Positions 1-10,348 of a stretch of 64,000 nt of DNA are shown piece by piece (within the stretch, counting starts at the first letter, position 1; every line of letters starts with the position of its first letter). The DNA is taken from contig OZ316893.1 of NCBI GenBank assembly GCA_973895155.1, positions 22,355,844 through 22,419,843 on the forward strand, given 5' to 3'. Under the pieces are notes generated by a model. The model was not told where the DNA came from. It saw only the letters and a list, made by a program, of their open reading frames with translations, and did not search any database. The DNA comes from Marsupella aquatica (taxonomy: Eukaryota > Plantae > Marchantiophyta). The position numbers and the translations under genes were made by a program.

Positions 1-1695
1 AGCAAAGGGGTTTTCTCTTGTGAGTCGGTGTAGGCCTACCTCTGTAGTAGTGTCCTGCATTGTTGCCGTTGCCGTTATTGTTGCCGATGCCGATTTCTTT
101 TCTTTCTCCAGTAGTTTCAGCAGACTCTGCATGCCTGGTTGCTGCATTGGCAAGTCCTCCTTCCTGGGCCTAAACACCTGCTCGATCGTAGGGCTAACAG
201 GTGGTTGAGGCTTCTCAGCCAACGGCCTCGGCGTTGGAGCTTCCTCGGGTGCCCTTACCTGCAGGGGAAGTACTGGGGCAAAAGTCTGACCTCTGGCATA
301 CCGGCACAACAGCGGCATGTGATAGCCAAGCCGCGACACGCTCCCCATGCCGATTACCTGCTGCTCCTCCTTTAAGATCTTCTTCAATTGGTTGAGGAGG
401 TACCCGTTGTAGTCCCGGCTTGGGTCTGGCCTTTCTGCCAGATAGACCTGTGCCTTGCCAATCTCTGCCCTCGGCAAGTTACAATGCATGGTCACCCGCA
501 AGAAGTCGATCATCTCTCCTATGTGCGGGTTGGTGCAGGTGTTCCAGAAGAAGCCATTCTTCGTTGATGGCCCGGGGAACGACCGGAACTCCTTGTCAGG
601 CAAGGTCTTCTTGGTATCAACTTTGGTCTTATTGCCTATCGGCAAGCCAAACACTTCGGCAATTACCTTGGGAGTAAGATAGAAATCCTTCCCATATATC
701 CTCGTGCAATTGGTCTCGGGTTCCCATGACCCCACGAATTCTAATAGGTCTGACTCCGGTACCTCCGGCTTCAGCCATGGTAATCTTACAAAGGCCTCTA
801 AGCCGGATCCGGCCATGAAGCCTTGATACTTCTTGGTCTGCATTGCCGTAAAGCATGCATCCTCCTCCCGTGCAAAATGTAGTTGCACTTCCACCGGTAG
901 GGTTGCCGCCTAGCCCTTCCAGGTGTCATCCCTGGTTGGAATGGCCTTGATGGGATCGACCTCCTCCTCTTCGGCTTCTCCCTGCCTCCTGTTCTGCTGC
1001 TTGGCTGGCTTCTTTGGTGCCGCCGACCTTGTTCTTTTTGCCGGGGTGGCTTCATTGTTGATGGCTCCCTTCCTCTTCATCTCTGCTGCCGTGGAGGTTT
1101 CTCCTAGCACCGTTGCCTGGGTCCACCTTTCCGTGCTACCCTTTAATTCCCAGTGTATGTCGTTGCAGTTCTTGATGGCCTCTCGGATGCCGACGACGCT
1201 GTCTTTGCAAAACATAAGATCGTCGAGTTGATTGGAGGTAGGCGTCCACAGGAACTCGTCCTTGATGAGTTCGCCTCCTAAGAAAGCCGTCTTCTGCAGC
1301 TCCCACAATCGAGCAAGCTCCTGCCGTTCTCGAGCTGCCCTTTCTGATTCCTCGTCCTCGTAAGTCTTGATGTACTCAGTTGCCCGTTCGAACAGGCATC
1401 CCCAGAAATGTGTCGCTTGATTGATGTTGCTCATACCCTCCTTAGGTCGATCGTCGGTATCTACTCTCTCCCCGAGTGCTTGCCCAAGCAGCTGACAGTA
1501 GTTGGCCTCCCGTAGTCGTCTGCCTAGTTCATGCTCGCAAATGAGCCACCATCTCCTACAAGCGCTCCTTACCCCTCTCCTCTGCCGGTCCTTCTTCCCG
1601 TTGATCCTTCCTAGCCGCCGACGCTTAACGCGCCCTAACCCTAATCAAGTTTTCACCCTCAGCGTCCTTACCTCCGGCCTCGGCCCGGGTTCCAT
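1..1695 (-). pseudogene. LTR-encoded ORF (>560 codons, 2 stops) with a PMD (plant mobile domain)-like segment
   Basis: ATG at 1695 (MEPGPRPEV), stops at ~1646 (TGA) and 910-912 (TAG), then open to base 1. Bases ~634-747 translate LLEFVGSWEPETNCTRIYGKDFYLTPKVIAEVFGLPIG, resembling the PMD core W..ET..F......T..DV...LGLP. Confidence 0.65.
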
Positions 1696-1810
1696 GGTTG
1701 CCCCTAATGGTTTATATTTTCCTTGTTTTGTCCCTATACTAAGGTGTTCCTAGGGTGCCTTCCTGCTTTACCCACTTAACTGGCCGAGTGATTCCTGTCT
1801 AGGCATCACA
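1..1810 (-). mobile_element. Long-variant LTR of the gypsy family at 9518-17170, running off the window start
   Basis: Reverse complement from 1810 begins TGTGATGCCTAGACAGG, like the LTRs at 9518 and 16408. Near-identical to them down to ...GGGAGCCAT (~1061), then continues differently with no LTR end seen. It interrupts the CACTA TnpD frame at 1810/1811. Confidence 0.9.
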
Positions 1811-4315
1811 ATACAACATAAATGTTGTGAGCTGTAAACGCTCTGCTGAGCCTATGAGACGCTCTCCAGATGCCCCAGTGAGTCTATCATCCTCGTAGTC
1901 AGCTCGTACCGCCTCATCTATCCATCCCCTAGGAGCACTAGGATCTAGTGTGGCAACTATGCTTGTACAGTAAAACATACTCTCTGCTCCAAGATGACGC
2001 TCCGCAATGCTACCTTCCACCCTAGCGCGATTAAAGACATATGACTTCATCACCCCCATATAACGCTCTACCCAATACATCCATCAACAATGTACTGGGC
2101 CTGCAATTGCAACCTCGCGCACTAAATGTATGAGGAAATGAACCTGACCATCAAAGAATGAGGGAGGGAGTGCCTTCTCCAACTTGCAGACAACCTCTAC
2201 TCCAAATATCTCCATAGCAGCAATGTCATCCTCCTGTACCTCCTTTTGACATACCCATCTTAAGAGCTTACCCAATGATCAAAGGGCATCACGAAGTTCC
2301 TCACTACCCAATCCAATAATAGCAACTGGAAGAACATGTTCAAGCAACCGATGATAATCATGTGTCTTCAAGAAAGATGGCCATTTTGGAGAATCCTCCC
2401 CCCCAAATGCCTTCCGAAGATTGGTACCATAACCTGTGGGAAACCTCATCAACCCAATACGTCTGCGAAACTCAATGCGCTCTGCCCTTGTCAAAACCCA
2501 AGGAGGATGGATGCTAGGGGGAGCACCAGGGGGGTCCAAAGATGGCCAAAAACCCAAAAGACCATGCATCCCCATCTCCTCACAACTTTCTCTCCAATTG
2601 TTATTTTTCTCCCCATATAGATGGCGAATCAATGATTTCCCCACATTCCCCTCAATGTGCATAGGGTCTAACAAGTGATTAATGGGCATATCTGACCAAT
2701 ATGGCAATTGTGACAATGCAGACAAACGGGTCATGCCACATCTGAATAATGGTAATGGATCACTCGGATCCTGAACTCTCCCCCATACCTCTCTCCAATA
2801 TGCTGGATCCTTCCGTTGAGGTTGAGGACAAATATCAGGTTGGCCCTCATCAGTATCATAAAGGAATGGATCACTCCTCCAAGGATGGTCTAGTGGAAGA
2901 TATTTAGTATGACCAATGTAAACAATTTTTTGCAGAGTACTTGACTTGGGCCTGGCCACCCCCTCCAAATCGGGTCCACATGTAGAGCAAGCTCGATAGC
3001 CTGATGTTTGCAATCCAGAAACATATCCAAACCCTGCCCAGTGCATAGAAAACACATTCATAAAATAAGGTTCATCAAGGCAAAAATCTGCATAATTGCA
3101 ATTAAATACAAGGTTTAGGTACTAGAGGAAATAAGGGTTTACCATAGCTGGTAAATCATGCATGGTCCACATAAGGATGGCCTTTAGAGTAAATACGCGG
3201 GATAAACCTCCTGTGTTGTGACGTCCATCATAACAATCCACTCCTCTCCACAGTTGTATCAACTCATCAATCAATGGCTGCAAGTACACATCAATCTTTT
3301 TAACTTGCTTAGGACCCGGAATAATCATGGAGAGTAGTAGGTGACCTTTCTTCATGGCCATCCAAGGAGGGATGTTGTAGTTTGTCAACACTACTGGCCA
3401 CACCGAATATGGTTTGGCTTTTTCTGTCAATACAAAAGGGCTGATACCGTCTGCTGCCAAGCCTAGTCGAACATGTCGTGGGTCAATTTTGAACTCTCCC
3501 CATCTATCCTCTACAAATTGATTGGCAGGAGAGTCAACCATCATCCGCATGGCACTAGAGGGTACAGCCATATCAGAACAATTTTGTGAGTGCCATACCA
3601 TCATCTCAGCCAACTCTGCACATCGGAATTGATGTCGCAATCGAGGGATAAGAGGAAAGTACCTCATAACCTTTTGCGGTACCTTCCCCGTCAACATGTC
3701 ATCACGGTACCGTGGCTTCTGACATTTAGGACATGTAGTGGCATTTTCATGCTCACCCCTAAAAAGAATGCAATCATCCACACATGCATGTATCACCTCA
3801 TACTTCAGGCCAATGGACCTCAACACCTGTTTAGCCTCTTTCCAAGAGGCTGGCAATGCATTGCCTACTGGCAAAATACGATCATGCAAGGTACGGAAAA
3901 CATCATCCAAAAGTAGATTGCTTGCCCCATGTCTTTGCTACAAGTTGAGCAACAACATTATTGATGAGAGCCGAGATAACCTACTCCCCTCGAATATGCG
4001 AGTACGGGCATGACGTTGCGCCTCCTCCCATTGCTTGTCTTGAGACCCCCTAGAAGGATGTGGATGACTAGTCCTTTCATGGGTTGAACCAATGTCCTCC
4101 AAACCAATGTCATCGTGATCATCATAGAATTGGTCCATGAGCTCATCCATGGCCCTCTCCTCATCAAGATGGTCTTGGATAGGATCATCACCATCATGTC
4201 GTACCCCATCCTCTTGCCTTTGCAGTTTATGCCCACGGTTGGCCACCATGGCCTCAACAAGGTGTTGTCGCATAGCTCGTGATATTACCCCAATATCAGG
4301 CGTTACATATTGATT
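1811..4315 (-). pseudogene. CACTA TnpD transposase (Transposase_21 and DUF4218-type regions), with stops, truncated by the LTR at 1810
   Basis: Motifs HACVDDCILF, YFPLIPRL, RHVRLGLAADG, YSVWPVVLTNYNIPPW, IDVYLQPLIDEL, LDPMHIEGN, LKTHDYH, PPSFFD...HL...GPV...WMYWVERYMG. Stops at 3938, 2279 and 2084; intron at about 3035-3150. Confidence 0.95.
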
Positions 4316-4439
4316 CTATCATACAACATCAATTAATTAATCTCATCAACACATGCACTGTTGAACAACATCATTCTCATGTAAACATGTAAAATAAACT
4401 GACATATATATATATACAATATGTAAGTCCAAGAAACTA

Positions 4440-7400
4440 TCATGGACGACAACGCAAGGACAATTTTGGTGCATCCCACTCATACTCACACAATAACTCC
4501 TCACCAGCTCTAATGGTCCTAACAGCTACTGTCATGATATGGTCGTTGTGGACTAGCTCAAAATAGGGTATGTAAGAAACTCATCATTTTTTTTTGCTTT
4601 TTGTACAAGGATAGTAAGAAATACATTTTAGCATTAGTAAAGTACTTAGGGTTTGCAACCCTAAGTCACTAAGGAAAGATAGTAGGGAATCATGGAAGGG
4701 AAAAATATGTTGTTCTAAGAAGATGTAAAGGGATAAGTGAGGTCTTTATGGTAGGGCAGCAAATATTCTTTCCTTAGTTAGGATAGGCAACTAAGTCTGG
4801 ACCGGAAAATGACCCAACACCTGACATCTCATTTTTGGCTAATATTGGGTGCGGGGAGGTCCCTAGGGAACCCTGAAAAATTATGAAGTGAAGTAGGGTC
4901 TCAACCTAGGAATTGTGAGTATTTTGGCTGAACTTAAAATAACCATCTAGCGGGTCCCGGAGAAATTCGCCAAGGGGTAGATATTTTTGGTTCGACGTTA
5001 AAATTGGGTATAGTATAGCCCATAATATCCCTTGAAAGTCTAAGAAGTAGTTTATCAACTTTGGTTAGTTTTTGGGAGCACCTCAAAGATTGGGAAAAGT
5101 AATGCAACCTATAGATATGGGCAAACTTAGGTATATTTAGAAAAGTCAGTGCAGGGTATTTAGTGCGTTTGACAAATTCAGGAGGGAGTCCTATGTCCAA
5201 GGATCCCATAACTATGCTCAGAAGTTCTTTTAGACCTATGGGTGATTTTTGACATGGCTTTAAAAAGGGCTAGTACAAAGTTTTCTCCCGCGAGAGAACC
5301 AAATTTTTTCGAAGTGTGGAAATACGACGACGCGGCTGCGACGAGGCTAGCACGAGGCAGGAAGGAGTCTAAGCACGAGGGCGGCTGCGAGTTGAGTGAT
5401 TAGACTATAAAATCACATGGTGGAAAATCTATGGTGGGCTATTGTTGCTCCAGCACGAGATCGGCTAACTTAGGCAATGTGAAATTGATGCAGCAGCTAT
5501 CTAGTAAACGTGATCTCTGCCTGGATGCTGACAAATTGAGAAAGGGCAGGCACTACATAGGCTATAGAGCTTGTTGCCAAGGAAAACGTGGATGCTGCTG
5601 GCTGATTCACTCTACTGGCTGATTCACTCTACTGGTTGATTCAATGTGCTAGCTGATTCAATCTGCGGGTAGGTAAGCTTGTGCTGAGTAAATTCAAAAG
5701 AGAATGGTTGGCAATTGAGAATCCATGTGCTGAGAATTGACCAGCTGCTGCAATTTACAGCAGTTGTGAGCTATGGCTACTCCTGAGAAAATCAATCACA
5801 ATCCAGCCCAACAATTAGAAGGGACTCAGTCATAAATCAGAGGAGAAGCTACTGCAAAAATCAGTCAAGCAATTAGTCAAGGAATCATCCTCAAATCAGC
5901 TGCACAATCAGGCACGATGCTAAGCTCTATAGCTTCTGGAAAGACTGGACCTTATGAGGAACTCTCTCAGGTCGACACCTGGTATACACATAAGTGTAAA
6001 CCGGGACCTATGACAGTGTAATTCGGAGCCCTTTTGCACATAAGGGATTGAGAGAGGGAAAATGCCATAACTTGAGCTAGGGGCATCCGTTGGGGCCCAT
6101 ATTTTTTGTGCCGATTCAAGGGAAGGTAAAGCATCGTTGAGTGAAGGTAGAAACCCAGGAAAAGAAATATCCAGAGATATTTTAAACCGTCGCCATGGGG
6201 GTCCCGCTAGCTTGCAAACGGGAGCTGCCAAGGGGGAATGAATACCAGATGTAGGGCCAAACACTTTGGGTACCCATACCACTTTAGTAAGGCTCTAGGG
6301 AAGGGTACTTACCTTTGGTCGAAGGTGCAAGGCCATCAAGTTAATAGAAGTGAGTATAGAGGGTAGTTTGCTTAGGGTAGTATAAGGGGTACAAGTCAAA
6401 TAAGGCCAACTTTGACTAGGCATAACTTTGGACTCAAGTACTCTTTTTGCGAGCTTTCAAGTGCGTTGGAAAGCTGATGAAGAGGACCATAAGTGGAAGC
6501 AGGTTTGGAGGTCAAAGCATGCAACTCATGTGTGGCATATTCCAGGGCTTGGAAGGAGTCAAGCAATAGGTTGTAGAGTGAGCTATGAACTATAGTTTGG
6601 ACTTGGTGTGTTAGGAGGACTTGGGGGAGGTATAGTTGGACCCCAGGTCAAGCTTGGTGTGGTGTGAAAGGAGAATAGTATATAAGGTGGAAGATTTTAT
6701 TTGTTGAGGACCAGAAGTCTCATTCTTAAGTGTAAGCTCTACCTTGCAAGTTGGGGCTAAGATTGAGAAGGGGAAGGAGGTCCATGCTTAGTGTGGAGAG
6801 TGTGTAGTGACCTTTTATGTAAGGATTGAGTATACAATAAAAGGATTCTTCCAATCTTCATTGTGACCACTAAGTGTGACTAAATATGAAGTGTTTGAGA
6901 GCAAGAGAAGAGTCCATGCTAGGATGCAATCTTGGTCTAATCGTGAAGGGGATGTGCTGGTACACAACCAAGGCCAGGGAGACAAGGTTAAGGTGGAGCA
7001 CTACTTTGGGGTTTAGAGAGGATTGTATCTTGATGGTGGAAAGTACCTTGCTTTGTGTGAGAACCAAGAGGAAGAGTTCTTTGCAAGAAGAGTTTTTCTA
7101 GAGCTCAAGGGGGTGTGTGGACCCAAACCAAGGCCAGGGGGGCAAGGTTAAGGGGTAACACTACCTTGAGGATCTTGAGGGGACTTAAGCTTGAAAAGAA
7201 AAGTACTTGGGGTTCTTGGGTGTTTGTTTTAGGGTCTACTCTAAGGTGACAGCTTGGAGTGGATATCCCCCTTGCTAATCCTTGGAGTAGAGGAGAGAGA
7301 AAGAGTGGGAGTGCAAAAGTAGTCAAGGTGACTACCTCTCTAGAAGTGGAGAGTTGAAACTACTTGTGTAGGGTGTACTTAGACCTTGCATGCACATTTC

Positions 7401-8767
7401 AGAAGTTTTGTCAATCCTTTGTGACCCTGGTATGACATGGAGCAAGTATTAGGTAGTTTTTTAGGGGAAAAGATGCTTAAGCTCCTTGACAAGTGTTTGA
7501 CATAGAGTTGACAGTCGTCCATATGTTTCACAAAATATGGATGTCTAGGTGGACCAAACATTTGAATCCACTCTACATTAGCCTCCAAACCTCTATCTCT
7601 ACCTGTGGTACTATTGATGTACCCTGCTAAATTACCGTTCCGAATAGGGTCACCATCAATCATTCGGCAATGCCATGGCCTAGTGAAGACCTCATCCGGG
7701 TCTGAGTCCATCCTCAATGCATACACCCCCCACCTTGGATGTTGACGCAACAAAATATTCCAACTCTTGGAGTTATATACAGCCCCAATGTAAGGAAAGA
7801 GGTGCTCTCCATCATAACCACGTCTCCATGGCTTTGGAGGGACCACAATATCCTCCAAAGCAAAAAGACCATATCCTATATCAGGACCAATAGAGGATGC
7901 CTTCACTATCCAAGGGCGACCCCATATCTGAACTGGTTCATCTGTAGGAATAAAATCTGGAAATTTGAAGAGACTTGAAGAAAAGTCCTTCAAAACTTTG
8001 GCAGCCCTACCAGTGAGATAGGATAGTCCAAATCTGCCCTCAACGCAAATATAATCTACATTACCGGCTGGTCGATCACTAGTACCTAACACCTCCTCTC
8101 GTCTGTCTACCTGGTCCAGTGGTCCATACTGCCGTCTACGTCTACCAGATCATGGTCGTGTACGTAGGACCCTAGTAGTCACAACCTCGGGCCGAGAGAC
8201 CGGTTCCCCCTCTACATGCTCATGTGTGGGCATGGGAGTGGGGATAGGAGCAGGTGGGCTAAGAGGCATCTAGGCAGGAGGAACTGCAAGCAACTCCCTG
8301 GCCCTTGCTAGAAACCCTTCCAACCACACAGCTTCAGGAACCAAAGGAGGTGGGGGCCTACGAGGCACCTATTTCAACACACGTACAATGGTTTTACACA
8401 AATCAATAAATTAAGTAGTGCCAGGATGTAAATGCAAGATAATTAAGCAATACCCTAAATTGGAATGCATACATGGAATGAATAGGGGACATAAACATAT
8501 CTGTACCTGGCTAGGCAAATACCCTGGCATATCACCCTTGTGGCGGCCATAGTTCTCGATGTGCTCACAAGTCTCCCACGCATGTCGAACCACAAGTCCC
8601 TTACATCTCACACACCAGCAAGGTATGGGTCCTAGTGGAGCACGAGGACAATTTGGAGGAGGGGGTGGAGGAACCTCCCCCTCAGACGAGCTTGTGTCTG
8701 AGTCTGAATCTGACGTGGAACTATCAGAAGTAGACATCTGCATGCATGAAGTACACTCTGAATTCAT
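4440..8767 (-). pseudogene. Zn-finger / Pro-rich / SET-domain gene of element A, split by a solo LTR
   Basis: Exon 1 8767-8507 (CWCVRC...H), GT-AG intron 8506-8369, exon 2 8368-7514 joined in frame to 4541-4440 after removing the LTR and one TSD. Motifs GYGLFA, PYIG, IDG, GNLAGYINS, ANVEW, RTIRAGEELLCEY. Two premature stops in the linker. Confidence 0.85.
4547..7513. mobile_element. Solo LTR, 2967 bp
   Basis: TGTGGACT...AGTTGACA termini; 5-bp TSD GTCGT at 4542-4546 and 7514-7518; no retroelement coding domains; internal short repeats (GCTGATTCACTCTACTG at ~5600-5660). Confidence 0.9.
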
Positions 8768-9517
8768 GTAAGCTGCATAAAAGAAGACAAGTGTTGGATT
8801 ATCAAAATAGAATTAATTAATGCATGAGATACAAAAGTCCTGTTGTACCTCAATGATACCTGCGCTTTGCCAGCCTACTGTGTCGTATTTTCTACACACA
8901 AGGTGTGGGACATCCAAAATCTTTGCATATATGGGTGAGCATTTTGCTAATGAGCATACATAATCTGTAAGTGCAAAAGAGTGTAGGAAGAACACACCAC
9001 ATATAAAAAAATTCCAACATACAAATTAAGTGTAAATGATGCGGCTCGTGAAGCGGGGACATCATACCTCCTGGATGCGCGGTTTCACACTATGCATAGT
9101 GCATTGTCCAAAACAAAACCTATCTACCCCCTCACAAATATTGAACCACCCCTCCAAACGCAAGGTACTGTGCATCAAATCCAACACAACCATTAGCCTA
9201 GCTAATATATGGAGGTTGAACCTTATCCTAAGAAAAGGTGTAACCTTATCCTAGTAAAACCCCATAACCCTAAGCCCATAAACCCCTCCAAAGAAATGAT
9301 CCAAATAGCTTTCACCAAGAAATGGTTCGTACAAAAACTTCTTGTAGTATTTTGTCTATCATATATCATAGTATTGAGTTCCCATCACCACAACCATCCC
9401 TAAACTTGCAAGGAACTTGCAAGAGGACATCATACCTCCTGGATGCACAGTTTCATGCATAGTGCATTGTCCAAAATCAAAACCTCCCTACCCCCTCAAA
9501 AAAAGTTAACCACCCCT

Positions 9518-10279
9518 TGTGATGCCTAGACAGGAATCACTCGGCCAGTTAAGTGGGTAAAGCAGGAAGGCACCCTAGGAACACCTTAGTATAGGGACAA
9601 AACAAGGAAAATATAAACAATTAGGGGCAACCATGGAACCCAGGCCGAGGCCGGAGGTAAGGACGCTGAGGTGAAAACTCGATTAGGGTTAGGGTGCGTT
9701 AAGCATCGGCGGCTAGGAAGGATCAACGGGAAGAAGGACCGGCAGAGGAGAGGGGTAAGGAGCGCTTGCAGGAGATGGTGGCTCATTTGCGAGCACGAAC
9801 TAGGCAGACGACTACGGGAGGCCAACTACTGTCAGCTGCTTAGGCAAGCACTCGGGGAGAGAGTAGATACCGACGATCGACCTAAGGAGGGTATGAGCAA
9901 CGTCAATCAAGCGGCACATTTCTGGGGATGCCTGTTCGAACGGGCAACTGAGTACATCAAGACTTACGAGGACGAGGAATCAGAAAGGGCAGCTCGAGAA
10001 CGGCAGGAGCTCGCTCGATTGTGGGAGCTGCAGAAGACGGCTTTCTTAGGAGGCGAACTCATCAAGGACGAGTTCCTGTGGACGCCTACTTCCAATCAAC
10101 TTGACGATCTTCTGTTTTGCAAAGACAGCGTTGTCGGCATCCGAGAGGCCATCAAGAACTGCAACGACATACACTGGGAATTAAAGGGTAGCACGGAAAG
10201 GTGGACCCAGGCAACGGTGCTAGGAGAAACCTCCACGGCAGCAGAGATGAAGAGGAAGGGAGCCATGGGACGCACCACA
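9518..10279 (+). repeat. 5' LTR
   Basis: TGTGATGC...GCACCACA; differs from the 3' LTR by about 13 transitions and 1 indel (counted by eye). Confidence 0.95.
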
Positions 10280-10283
10280 TTTT

Positions 10284-10300
10284 TGGCGCTAGATGGAGGG
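10284..10300 (+). promoter_or_regulatory. Primer-binding site, probably tRNA-Asn
   Basis: TGGCGCTAGATGGAGGG, 4 bp after the LTR; matches the complement of the plant tRNA-Asn(GTT) 3' end (TGGCGCTAGAAGGAGGG, from memory) with 1 mismatch. Confidence 0.7.
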
Positions 10301-10348
10301 GGCATTTCTTAAGCCGTGAGATATGAAGTTAGAACGGAAGCGTAGGTA

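Noticed and set aside
7379-7513. C-terminus CQLYVKHL... of the 237-aa ORF
   Set aside because: Read-through into the solo LTR; the true C-terminus is at 4541-4440.
9682-9695. TTAGGGTTAGGG telomere-like motif in the LTRs
   Set aside because: Only two units; at most a telo-box-like site, not a telomere array.
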